Shown: positions 1-9,430 of the stretch, one piece after another
Numbering within the stretch: position 1 is the stretch's first letter
How the letters are laid out: each line of letters opens with the position of its first letter
Source of the DNA: Dehalococcoidales bacterium
GTDB lineage: Bacteria; Chloroflexota; Dehalococcoidia; Dehalococcoidales; UBA2162
Direction of reading: 5' to 3'
Assembly (NCBI GenBank): GCA_037440885.1
Contig: JBBITI010000018.1
Span: 1 to 50,564 of the forward strand
Length of the DNA stretch: 50,564 nucleotides
Translations under genes and position numbers: made by a program
Notes under the pieces: model-generated
The model's input: only the letters and a program-made list of their open reading frames with translations
Database searches by the model: none
What the model was told of the DNA's origin: nothing

Positions 1-566
1 GTGATTTACATGATGAAGAGAGCGGTAATTTGAGATGGACGGATGACGAAATCGACCGGCATATCAGCCATGCGGTAAGCGATTTTTCGGAGGCTATTCC
101 AGACGAGGCGACAGCGGTGAAAGAGACGGTGGCGGGATCACGAACGATAGACATCACCGACATGGCGGACCGGATATGCGTAGAGGCGGTGGAGTGGCCG
201 GCGGGGCAGTTCCCACGGCGTTACCAGCCGTTTGAAACCTGGCAAGACAGCCTGATATTGACGGGCGAGGAAGTGCCGGACGGGGCGGAAGCGCATATTT
301 ATTACGGGAAGAGACACAGGCTGGACGCAACAGGAACGAGCATCGCAGAACGTTACTGGGACCTGGTGGCGGCGGGGGCGGCGGGTTATGCCGCGGTGCA
401 GTGGGCGCTGTATGCCATCAACCGGATCAACAGCGGGGGGCCGGCGACGCCGGACAGGATGCTGCGGTGGGGAAGAGCGAGGCTGGAGGTATTCTATGCC
501 CGGTTGAAAATTTACGGTCGGAGAAACCGGGTGCGGGCGGCGCGGCTATACCGGGCGGCAGCGTAA
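1..566 (+). CDS. 5'-truncated phage-like protein, probably a head-tail adaptor/connector
   Basis: Frame is open from position 3 (DLHDEESGNLRWTDDEIDRHISHAV...), so the true start lies left of the window. The RW-(T/S)DDE-I/L N-terminal helix pattern recalls phage adaptor proteins; the function is inferred. Confidence 0.5.
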   Translation, partial: DLHDEESGNLRWTDDEIDRHISHAVSDFSEAIPDEATAVKETVAGSRTIDITDMADRICVEAVEWPAGQFPRRYQPFETWQDSLILTGEEVPDGAEAHIYYGKRHRLDATGTSIAERYWDLVAAGAAGYAAVQWALYAINRINSGGPATPDRMLRWGRARLEVFYARLKIYGRRNRVRAARLYRAAA

Positions 567-595
567 TAAAGAAGAGAAGATAGCGGAGGGAAGGG

Positions 596-871
596 ATGGA
601 TTTCTACAGGATGCTGTGGTCGCGGATCGGGGGACGGCCCTGGACGTATATTGCGAGGGACATCTACCACAGGGTGGAATACCTGGTACTGGTCAGCCTG
701 GTGATAACGGGGTATGCCATCGGGGAGACGGGACTTGTGAGCTGGAAGCTGTTCCTGGTAATCATGACGGCATATACGATCGGCTACGTGCACGGTCATT
801 TTTTCTGGGGCAAAGAGTATGTTCCGAACCAGAAAGCGAACGGGGTGAAAAATGAGAGACCTGAGTTCTAG
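596..871 (+). CDS. small two-TM membrane protein (holin-like, by context only)
   Basis: 91 aa, two hydrophobic segments (YLVLVSLVITGYAIG, LFLVIMTAYTIGYV), charged tail, purine-rich RBS, overlaps the next gene. Confidence 0.55.
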   Translation: MDFYRMLWSRIGGRPWTYIARDIYHRVEYLVLVSLVITGYAIGETGLVSWKLFLVIMTAYTIGYVHGHFFWGKEYVPNQKANGVKNERPEF

Positions 872-2840
872 CCTGCGGGCGGCGCAACAGGCGAGCGTCC
901 GGTCTCCGTATGTGCGGGTGACGGCGAGCAACCGGAGTCACGGAGTGGTGCGGTGGCGGTGGGAAAGAATATATACCGGCAGTGAAGCGGACTACCGGCA
1001 CGGCATGGCAATCGCAGGAAACGGGGCGATGATCCGGGCGCGGATCAGTCCGCCGGCCGACGGGCATAAATTATACCGGCAGACGGTAACGTCTCCCGGA
1101 CCGGAGGCCGATTTCAGCAGTTGGACGCATACCGGCGAGAATAATTGTACGGCGGTGGCGGTGGCCGCGGTGGGGAACGAGGTATCGATATTCTGGATAA
1201 ACACCGCCCGGGAAGTGCGGCGGATACGGAGTACAAACCACGGGTTGAACTGGGGCAATGCGGAGTTGATCGACTATACGCCAACGGCGGCGGGGCAGGG
1301 GCTGGGGGCGGCGTACAAGGCCAACGGGGACCTGGCGGCAGGTTACACCGACCAAACTAATTTGTATATCAAAAAGTGCATCGCGGGCAACTGGCAGGCA
1401 GCGGTGGCCTGTGACAAGACCACAGGCGACCTGAACGGAATCGGCATGGTTTACGACGGAGACTGGGTACTACTGGTGGCAGGGAGCGATGCCGAAGGAA
1501 GAGCAAGGGTGTGGTCGCTGGCATACGGCGACGGAGGCGATGTACCAGCCGGCCAGTGGTCAGGGCCGGAAGCAGTGGCGGCGGCGGAGGCGGGGGCGGG
1601 TTAACAGTTCCGGTATCCCTGCCTGGACCGGAAAGAGACGTTAGAAGGCTATTTTTTGGAAGAATTCAGCGGTAACCAGCCATATCAGCGGATCTACCGG
1701 TCGCACCTGATCCCGGGGACGAGTTGCAAGGACGGGCTGTGGAAAGAACCAGCACCAAGCGACTTAAGCGCGCCGTGCGGGGTGGCGACCGGTCACGCTC
1801 CCCGGAACGAATACCACTGGCTAACGACACCGAGCGGGGTGTGGCGAGCGGCAGCCGCTCTGCAGAGTCGAGAATTGACGGCAGATGTGCTCCGGGTAAG
1901 CATAAAGAGCGAGGAGCGCAGCGGGAAAGCGGTGGTGGAAGTGGACGATGACGGGGCGCAGTATACGCCGTTAGCGGACCCGTTGCGAACCGGCGGCCAG
2001 CTCGATATCTGCCCGGGTTACACGGGTACTGACGGACCGGAAAGCAGCGCCGGGCTGCATTATATACTGGAGGGATACGAGCACCGGCAGGGGGAGGGCA
2101 GGAGGGTACTGGTGCTGTACGGCGGGGATGGGTGGGACAGCCTGAGAGGATGGACCGCCCGGGAGCAGTACCGCTGGAACGGGAAGGAACCGGAACGCAA
2201 TGTGCTGAACATATTAAGGTACATCCTTGCCAGAGCCGGTTTGCGGCTGGTGGTGAAATCGGCGTCGGAAACAATAACAGGCTACTTTCCTGATTTTACG
2301 GTGCATCCGGGAGACAGCGGCGACAAGGTAATCGACCGGCTGCTCAGTTTTGTCCCGGATGCGCTATTCATCGAGGGCGGTGATGTTTACCTGGTAAATC
2401 CGCGGGCGACGGACGTGCCGGAATACGAATACGGCGGCAAGCACGCGGTCGAATCGGCGAGGTACATCCACCAAGCGACGGTGCTGAACTGGGCGCGGGT
2501 CGAGGGACGCGAGACAACGAGCGGGGAAGCGGTGACGGCCGACTTTTTCAACTGGGAGAGCATAGAGAGGGAGGGGGAAGCCCGGATCACGGTGCGCGAC
2601 ATCAATCTGGGTACCGACCAGCTAGCGATGCGGGGGGCGGCGGTGCTACGCAAAGCGGACATCAAATCAAGATCAGGAGAAATCACAGTTCCGGTGAATT
2701 GCGGTCAACAGTTATATGACGTCATCAGTATCAAAGACGGCAGCGACGGGAACAGGACGGCGCGGGTGACCGGCCTGGAATTGACATACGAGGCGGAACA
2801 AAGCCGGTACCGGCACCGGATCTTGCTCTCGGGCGTTTAA
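852..2840 (+). pseudogene. about 662-codon phage tail/baseplate-hub-like gene interrupted by one in-frame TAA at 1602-1604
   Basis: ORFs 852-1604 and 1656-2840 share a frame and the 17 intervening codons are open (QFRYPCLDRKETLEGYF). The N-half has an Asp-box-like RSTNHGLNW; the C-terminus PVNCGQQLYDVISI...ARVTGLELTY resembles hub/tail proteins. Confidence 0.6.
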
Positions 2841-2867
2841 CGAAAAAAGGCAGGGCGGGAAGGAGAT

Positions 2868-3083
2868 ATGAGTATAAGGATGGGGACACTCAAGGAGTTT
2901 AATGCGGGAAGTTACACGGCGACGGTACAGATGACAGCGAGTTACAAAGTGTACCTGGAGGGCGTAAATGTAGCCCGGAACATAGCGGCGGCGGAGATGT
3001 TAAGCGGGCGGAGGGTGGCGGTTGCTTTTTTCGACGACCATAATGTAAAAGAAGCGGTGGTGGTGGCGGTTTTCGCCGGATGA
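2868..3083 (+). CDS. 71-aa beta-rich protein, OB-fold/gpV-spike-like (inferred)
   Basis: AGGAG RBS. Pattern G-x-L-x-x-F...TATVQ...LEGV-x-V...G-R-R-V-A-V-x-F is like the N-terminal OB domain of baseplate spike proteins. Last gene of the cluster. Confidence 0.5.
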   Translation: MSIRMGTLKEFNAGSYTATVQMTASYKVYLEGVNVARNIAAAEMLSGRRVAVAFFDDHNVKEAVVVAVFAG

Positions 3084-3109
3084 CGAGGCGAGGCGGTGGT
3101 GACCCGGTC

Positions 3110-3508
3110 TTATTCTTTTTTGACGGTCTCTTTGGCGATGCTTTTCAGGATGGTGAGGATGCCGATAACCGCCCGCTGTACTTCGACCGGTTCCTGGGCG
3201 AGCATACGGGCGACGAAGGGATCGAGACGGCCGTTGGCGAAGGTGGGGAGGCGTTCTTCACTGGCGACAAGTTTGGACTGAGGCGAGAGGTAGCCGGCCA
3301 GAGTAAATATTTCGTCTTCTTCAAAAGCCAGCGGTTTGGCGATGCGCTGGAGGACGTGGGCGGAGGGAAAGCGTTCGCCTCTTTCGATACGGCCAAGATG
3401 AGAAGCGGACACCCGGGCTTTAGAGGCCAATTCCTGGAGCGTAAGCGACAGCGAGATGCGCTGCTGTTTGATGATTTGCCCCAAGTGAGTTTGCGGTTCT
3501 CTTTCCAT
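3110..3508 (-). CDS. Xre/Cro-C1 family HTH transcriptional regulator
   Basis: LGQIIKQQR..LTLQELASKARVSASHLGRIERGERFPS is a classic HTH_3. Start placed at the ATG at 3508, 7 nt from the -10 box. Confidence 0.9.
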   Translation of the reverse strand: MEREPQTHLGQIIKQQRISLSLTLQELASKARVSASHLGRIERGERFPSAHVLQRIAKPLAFEEDEIFTLAGYLSPQSKLVASEERLPTFANGRLDPFVARMLAQEPVEVQRAVIGILTILKSIAKETVKKE

Positions 3509-3515
3509 CGAGGCC

Positions 3516-3545
3516 ATTATAAATTGGTCATTTGGCAAATGTCAA
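3516..3545 (-). promoter_or_regulatory. sigma70-type promoter of the Xre gene with an overlapping palindrome
   Basis: Minus strand TTGACA-N18-TATAAT; palindrome CATTTG-G-CAAATG at 3529-3541. Confidence 0.7.
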
Positions 3546-3651
3546 GAGAAATTGCGCACCAGAAGGTTTCAAGGCGGGGGCAATCGAGGCCAAATGAAGA
3601 TGAAACAGCACCGGAAACCGGAAAAATGCGCACCGCCTACAGTCACCAGGC

Positions 3652-4110
3652 TCAGACAATGCCCCAGTCGCGGTAACCTTTCTTAATAATCTCGAGATAT
3701 TCCGGGGAGGGTTTGTTTTCCGCTTCTTGCCCGGTTTTGATATAGGTGATTGCTTTGACAGCGATACCGTCTTCAGTGAAAACAGTGACATTGATCCGGT
3801 TAAAGTCCCGGGGGTAACCCCGCAGGTTGTCCAGGCGGCGCAAGTCTTTCTCGGTAATTTCGTAGATACCGCCGGCGACTTTATTACCCTGGGCACCGCG
3901 GATGGTGGCGAAGCCACTCCGGGTCAGGCGGGACCAACCGACGAAGGCGAGACGGTAGTTAGGCAGGACAGCGGTAACCCGGGGGCGGCTTTCGGGAGCA
4001 CGCGCTTTCATCTGCTGTTTATCCAGGTCATCGGCGTAGGCAAAATACATTATTGGTGCCAATTTATCAGTCATCATACGGGCAACGGGTTGTTTATTTG
4101 CGGTGATCAA
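3652..4110 (-). CDS. gamma-glutamylcyclotransferase (GGCT/AIG2-like) family protein with atypical motifs
   Basis: YFAY N-terminus, YRLAF, V-x-G-x-IYEI, PSPEYLEIIKKGY. The start may be the ATG at 4050. Confidence 0.8.
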   Translation of the reverse strand: MITANKQPVARMMTDKLAPIMYFAYADDLDKQQMKARAPESRPRVTAVLPNYRLAFVGWSRLTRSGFATIRGAQGNKVAGGIYEITEKDLRRLDNLRGYPRDFNRINVTVFTEDGIAVKAITYIKTGQEAENKPSPEYLEIIKKGYRDWGIV

Positions 4111-4311
4111 TATGGCATGGTTTTAGTTATCACCAACAGACCCATTATACCGTAGATAAAACAGACTGCAAGCCTGAGACAGCAAAATGACGGGCTGGTA
4201 TTAACGACGCAACTGATCAGTTGCCAGGTTAGTCAGGAGAGAATGTGAACTTTTTCTATTTGATGGTATAATTTTCGTGATATTTTTACGAATATTCAGT
4301 AGGATATAGCT

Positions 4312-5175
4312 GTGTTTGAAGTTGATCGTATTATTCAAGATGATTGTCTCCACGCCCTCAAAGAACTTCCTAATGATTGTGTAGATTTCATCTTCACGTC
4401 TCCGCCTTACGCTGATAATCGTAAGGGTACTTATAAGGGAATCTCGACAGAATGCTATGTCGAATGGTTCCTCCCTATAGCCGATGAGTTGAAACGTGTC
4501 TTAAAGCCGGATGGCTCGTTTGTTTTGAATATTAAAGAACGGACCGCTAATGGTGAGCGTCAGACTTATGTGTTGGAACTCATTTTAGCTATGAAACAAC
4601 TTCAGAGTTGGCTCTGGACAGAAGAATATATGTGGCACAAGAAGAACTGCTATCCAGGGAAATGGCCTAATCGTTTTCGTGATGCGTGGGAACGTTGCCT
4701 TCATTTCACGAAACAGAAACGATTCAGAATGTACCAAGATGCAGTAAAAATTCCGATGGGAAAATGGGCTGAAAAGCGTCTTACACGGTTGAGTGATACT
4801 GATCGAACCAGAGACGAGTCTCACGTTGGTAGTGGCTTTGGCAAGAAAGTCTCTAACTGGGTAGGCAAGCAGAATGTCTATCCTACAAATGTACTTCATC
4901 TTGCTACTGAATGCTCTAACCGAGGTCATAGTGCATCGTTCCCAGTAGCACTGCCTTCTTGGTTCATCAAGCTATTTACTAAAGAAGGGGACTTGGTACT
5001 CGACCCATTTATGGGATCTGGAACTACAGCGATAGCATGTGTTCGACAGAAAAGACATTATCTTGGGATTGAAGCCATGGAGCACTACTATAAGCTTGCT
5101 GTGGAATCGATAGACAAAGCGAAAGCCAAGTCAAACGGCAAAATACCCGGCCAAACTGAATTTACGCTAACATAA
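4312..5175 (+). CDS. beta-class amino-DNA methyltransferase (N4-C/N6-A)
   Basis: Motif IV TSPPY near the N-terminus, motif I VLDPFMGSGTT near the C-terminus, H-x-A-x-FP motif. Confidence 0.92.
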   Translation: MFEVDRIIQDDCLHALKELPNDCVDFIFTSPPYADNRKGTYKGISTECYVEWFLPIADELKRVLKPDGSFVLNIKERTANGERQTYVLELILAMKQLQSWLWTEEYMWHKKNCYPGKWPNRFRDAWERCLHFTKQKRFRMYQDAVKIPMGKWAEKRLTRLSDTDRTRDESHVGSGFGKKVSNWVGKQNVYPTNVLHLATECSNRGHSASFPVALPSWFIKLFTKEGDLVLDPFMGSGTTAIACVRQKRHYLGIEAMEHYYKLAVESIDKAKAKSNGKIPGQTEFTLT

Positions 5176-5207
5176 TATGCATAGAAACAAGTAATCGAGA
5201 CTTACAA

Positions 5208-5939
5208 ATGAAAGCTGTTACTGAACAAAGTGTAAAGACTTATGTCCGAGAGAATATAGGATCGTTCCATTCAAGTAGGCTACAAAGTCTTAGAGAACTC
5301 AAATTAAGTCAGATCCTCCGGAAGAAGAATCCATATTTATTCAAAGCCAAAAACATTTTACTAGCCCAAGATCTCGTCAAGACATTACTCGATGCTCATT
5401 TATCTTCACAAGAAGAGACTTTGTTTGGCAAGTTCCTCGAAAGTCTTGCTGTTTTTATCAACCGTCAGGTATACGGAGGTTGGAAGTCGTCTGCTGACGG
5501 AATGGACCTGGAATTCGATAGAGATGGTATCCGTTATATTTTAACAATAAAGTCCGGGCCTAACTGGGGAAACAGCAGACAGATTAGTAAAATGAAACAA
5601 GATTTTACCAAAGCTAAACGAACAATTCGAACAGGCAACCCCAAATCGAATGTCGTCGCAGTGAACGGATGCTGCTATGGACGCGACGATCGTCCAGACG
5701 AAGGTGACTATTACAAATACTGTGGTCAACGTTTTTGGGAGTTTATCTCAGGTAATAAAAACCTCTATCTAAATATCATAAAACCTTTGGGATACACTGC
5801 AAGGCGAAGGAACACCGAATTCCAGAAGGAATACGCTCAGATCATCAACAAATTTACTGCCGAATTCACTACAGACTTCGTAGTTAATGGAATTATCGAC
5901 TGGGAGACATTGGTCAAATTCAACTCATCTTATACATAA
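5208..5939 (+). CDS. type II restriction endonuclease, PmeII-like
   Basis: Adjacent to the MTase; RKKNPYLF, SSQEETLFGKFLE, D..IKSGPNWGN nuclease-like motif and GQRFWEFISG. Family assignment is from recall. Confidence 0.75.
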   Translation: MKAVTEQSVKTYVRENIGSFHSSRLQSLRELKLSQILRKKNPYLFKAKNILLAQDLVKTLLDAHLSSQEETLFGKFLESLAVFINRQVYGGWKSSADGMDLEFDRDGIRYILTIKSGPNWGNSRQISKMKQDFTKAKRTIRTGNPKSNVVAVNGCCYGRDDRPDEGDYYKYCGQRFWEFISGNKNLYLNIIKPLGYTARRRNTEFQKEYAQIINKFTAEFTTDFVVNGIIDWETLVKFNSSYT

Positions 5940-6224
5940 TTACATCGGTAATTTCAATCAGGCTAAAAAGCCTTTGACCGACAAGGCAGAAACCGCGCAT
6001 CCGCAGCTCATTACTTATAAATAATATTCCTTGATGAATTCATTCAATTTATTTCTACAAAGCTAATGATATACTATTTCGTGACTTTTGAGAGGTACAG
6101 TCAAGATACTTAAGATTGACTTAACATAGAGTAGACGGGAAGCGGAAGATGTTGTAAGATAATAGACTGAAACAGCTACAGGAAGCAGAAAAATAAATAT
6201 CCGGTTGGCGGATCGTTCAGATAG

Positions 6225-6253
6225 TTGACAGCGTACGTGTGCTGTGGTAGTAT
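6225..6253 (+). promoter_or_regulatory. promoter of the ribosomal superoperon
   Basis: TTGACA-N17-TAGTAT with an extended -10 TG. Confidence 0.7.
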
Positions 6254-6382
6254 TCAGTTTTGGCGCTAGTTATTCAGCTCACAGGTTAGTTACAGATCTC
6301 ACAATTTAATCAAGAGGTCTGTCGCCGTGTTAGATGGATGAGATCAAGCTCATCCATTTCGATTCTGAGAGAGGAGAAGCAC

Positions 6383-6811
6383 TTGCCGACAATTAATCAG
6401 CTCGTGCGGAAAGGCCGGGTAAAGCCCGGGAAAAAGAGCAAGACACCTGCTCTGCGTTACGTATACAACGCATTAAAAAACAGGACCAAACGCGGTGAAG
6501 GCTCACCTCAAAAGAGGGGGGTCTGCCTCCAGGTCAAGACCACGACACCGAAGAAACCGAATTCGGCGTTGAGAAAGATCGCCAAGGTGCGTCTGAGCAA
6601 CGGGATCGAGGTGACGGCCTACATTCCGGGGGAGGGCCACGAACTGCAAGAGCACTCAGTGGTACTGGTGCGGGGCGGGCGGGTACCGGACTTGCCGGGT
6701 GTGCGTTATCACATCATCCGGGGGACCCTGGATACGACCGGCGTGGCCAACCGGAAGCGAGGCCGCAGCCTGTACGGTGCCAAACGAGCCAAGTCCACAG
6801 CAGCAGCTTAA
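6383..6811 (+). CDS. rpsL: 30S ribosomal protein S12
   Basis: TTG start after GAGGAG; [33 protein letters not shown]. Confidence 0.98.
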   Translation: MPTINQLVRKGRVKPGKKSKTPALRYVYNALKNRTKRGEGSPQKRGVCLQVKTTTPKKPNSALRKIAKVRLSNGIEVTAYIPGEGHELQEHSVVLVRGGRVPDLPGVRYHIIRGTLDTTGVANRKRGRSLYGAKRAKSTAAA

Positions 6812-6820
6812 GGAGACGAG

Positions 6821-7291
6821 ATGCCAAGGCGAAGCCGAAAAATCATAAGAGAAATAGTCCCTGACCCACGATATCAGAATATGGTGGTCTCGAAATTTGT
6901 CAACCGCATAATGAAGCGGGGCAAGAAGAGCACTGCCGAGAAAATCGTGTATACGGCGTTAAGCGCGATCGAACAGCAGGAGCAGAAGCCGGCTATTTCC
7001 GTCCTCGAGCAAGCAGTGCGCAATGCGACGCCGCAACTTGAAGTGAAAGCACGCCGGGTGGGCGGGGCGACTTACCAGGTACCGGTAGAAATTCCGCAAG
7101 CGCGCGCGTTAACGCTGGCGATGCGCTGGTTAATAGCGGCAGCTTCGGCGCGGTCAGGAAAATCGATGGCTGAAAAACTGGCAAGCGAACTGAGCGATGC
7201 AGCCAAGGGGCAGGGAGCTACGATAAAGAAGCGTGATGATACGCACAAGATGGCAGAAGCGAACCGGGCTTTCGCACATTACAGATGGTAA
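6821..7291 (+). CDS. rpsG: 30S ribosomal protein S7
   Basis: RRVGGATYQVP, HKMAEANRAFAHYRW. Confidence 0.98.
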   Translation: MPRRSRKIIREIVPDPRYQNMVVSKFVNRIMKRGKKSTAEKIVYTALSAIEQQEQKPAISVLEQAVRNATPQLEVKARRVGGATYQVPVEIPQARALTLAMRWLIAAASARSGKSMAEKLASELSDAAKGQGATIKKRDDTHKMAEANRAFAHYRW

Positions 7292-7352
7292 GGATTAATA
7301 AAAGTTAAACATGGTAAGACCCGCAGTAAGGACCGAATCTAGAGAAAAACCG

Positions 7353-9425
7353 ATGGCAGAGCGTTTTCCACTGGTTGATATCAGGAACATAGCGTTCATC
7401 GCACATATCGATGCCGGGAAGACGACAGTCACCGAAAAGATACTTTTTTATACCGGGCAGACCTATAAAGTAGGCGCTGTCGACGAAGGGACCGCGGTAA
7501 TGGACTGGATGGACCAGGAAAGAGAGCGCGGCATCACGATCACGGCGGCGGCGACGACGACACAATGGAAAGAACACCGCATCAATATCATCGACACTCC
7601 GGGGCACGTTGATTTTACAGCCGAGGTTGAGCGCAGCCTGAGGGTTCTGGACGGTGGGGTGGTGTTATTTGACGCGGTCGCCGGGGTAGAGGCACAATCA
7701 GAGACCGTTTGGCGGCAGGCCAACCGATACCATGTATCGCGGATCTGTTTCATCAATAAAATGGACCGGGTGGGGGCGAATTTCAGCCGTACGGTGAAGA
7801 TGATCGAAGAACGGTTGAAAGCCAAACCGCTTCCGATCCAGTACCCGCTGGGAAGCGAAACCGGCTTCCACGGGATCGTCGACCTGGTAGAGAACAAAGC
7901 CTGGAGCTTTAACGGCGAACCAGGGAGCGCACCGATAGCGATCGAGATTCCCGAGAACGAAGCGGATAAAGTGAGTGAGGCGAGACACCTGCTGATCGAG
8001 AAACTGGCGGAATCCGACGACCGGTTATTGAGCATATACCTTGACGGAAATGAGATTGAACCGGACGATATAAGGGCGGCACTGCGGCGAGTAACGATTG
8101 CGGCGACAGTTGTCCCGGTATTGTGCGGCAGCGCCCTGCGCAACAAGTGCATTCAACCTTTGCTGGATGCGATCCTGCACTACTTGCCTTCGCCGGGAGA
8201 TATGCCAGCGATCAAGGCAATTTCAGTGAGCAATAATCAGACCGTAGAAAGGCAACCGGATGACGCCGCTCCGTTTACTGCACTGGCATTCAAGGTAATG
8301 ACCGATCCGTTCGTGGGACGGCTGGTTTACCTGAGGATTTATTCGGGACGAGTAGAGACCGGAGAACAGGTCTACAATTCATCCTCAACCAAGAGAGAAC
8401 GTATCGGACGGCTGTTATTGATGCATGCCAACCGACGCGAGGAAATAACCGGAGCCGATACAGGGTCGATCGTGGCCGCCCTGGGGCTGAAGAACACGTT
8501 TACCGGCGATACGTTATGCGATCCGGGAGAGCCGTTGTTACTGGAATCGATCCGATTCCCGGAACCGGTGATTTCAGTGGCGATCGAACCGAAAACGAAA
8601 GCGGACCAGGACCGGATGGGCGAGGCATTACAGAAACTGGCAGAAGAAGACCCGACTTTCAAGGTTGCCTATAACCAGGAAACCGGGCAGACATTGATAT
8701 CCGGAATGGGCGAGTTGCACCTTGATGTGCTGGTGCGCCGTTTGCTGAGTGAATTTAACGTCAGTGCCAAAGTCGGCCGGCCGCGGGTGGCATACAAGGA
8801 GACCATCACCAAGGCCGTAAAAACCGAAGGCCGTTTTGTACGGCAATCAGGCGGGCACGGCCAGTACGGGCATGTTGAGATAGAATTCGAACCGGGTGAG
8901 TCCGGGTGCGGTTTGCAATTCGAGGAAAAACTGCGGGGCGCGCCGATCCCGAGAAATTATATTCCAGCGGTGGAAGCGGGCTTGAAAGAGGCGATGGAGA
9001 GCGGAGCACTGGGGGGCTACCCGGTGATCGATGTCAAGGCAACGCTGGTCGACGGCAGTTATCATGAAGTCGACTCTTCGGAACTGGCTTACAAAATAGC
9101 AGCTTCGCTGGCTTTCAAGGAAGGCATGTCCAAAGGGAAGCCGATATTGCTGGAGCCGATCATGAAGCTGGAAGTGGTGACCCCGGAAGAGTTCATGGGC
9201 GATATACTAAGCGATATTCATTCCCGCCGGGGCCAGGTGGGGTCGATCGAGACTTATACGGGCACGACGACGATCCACGCATTAATACCGCTGGCAGAGT
9301 CTTTCGGGTATGCGACCAGTTTACGGTCCAACACTCAGGGGAGAGCAACACATTCGCTGGAGTTTGCCAGGTACCAGCAGGTAACAGCAGAGCTGGCAGC
9401 TAAAATCACGGAAAAGACAGGATAG
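7353..9425 (+). CDS. fusA: elongation factor G
   Basis: [32 protein letters not shown]. Start is the ATG at 7353 or 7311. Confidence 0.97.
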   Translation: MAERFPLVDIRNIAFIAHIDAGKTTVTEKILFYTGQTYKVGAVDEGTAVMDWMDQERERGITITAAATTTQWKEHRINIIDTPGHVDFTAEVERSLRVLDGGVVLFDAVAGVEAQSETVWRQANRYHVSRICFINKMDRVGANFSRTVKMIEERLKAKPLPIQYPLGSETGFHGIVDLVENKAWSFNGEPGSAPIAIEIPENEADKVSEARHLLIEKLAESDDRLLSIYLDGNEIEPDDIRAALRRVTIAATVVPVLCGSALRNKCIQPLLDAILHYLPSPGDMPAIKAISVSNNQTVERQPDDAAPFTALAFKVMTDPFVGRLVYLRIYSGRVETGEQVYNSSSTKRERIGRLLLMHANRREEITGADTGSIVAALGLKNTFTGDTLCDPGEPLLLESIRFPEPVISVAIEPKTKADQDRMGEALQKLAEEDPTFKVAYNQETGQTLISGMGELHLDVLVRRLLSEFNVSAKVGRPRVAYKETITKAVKTEGRFVRQSGGHGQYGHVEIEFEPGESGCGLQFEEKLRGAPIPRNYIPAVEAGLKEAMESGALGGYPVIDVKATLVDGSYHEVDSSELAYKIAASLAFKEGMSKGKPILLEPIMKLEVVTPEEFMGDILSDIHSRRGQVGSIETYTGTTTIHALIPLAESFGYATSLRSNTQGRATHSLEFARYQQVTAELAAKITEKTG

Positions 9426-9430
9426 TCAAG

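Noticed and set aside
3080-3676. 198-aa plus-strand ORF after the phage-like cluster
   Set aside because: Antisense shadow of the Xre gene and its promoter; no recognisable motifs.
4150-6175. Weak similarity AGATAA..AGACTG.AA on both sides of the R-M pair as a target duplication
   Set aside because: Short, gapped and AT-rich; compatible with chance.
6338-6382. N-terminal extension of S12 in the ORF track
   Set aside because: The conserved start (M)PTINQL follows a good RBS at the TTG at 6383; the upstream ATG lies inside a leader hairpin.
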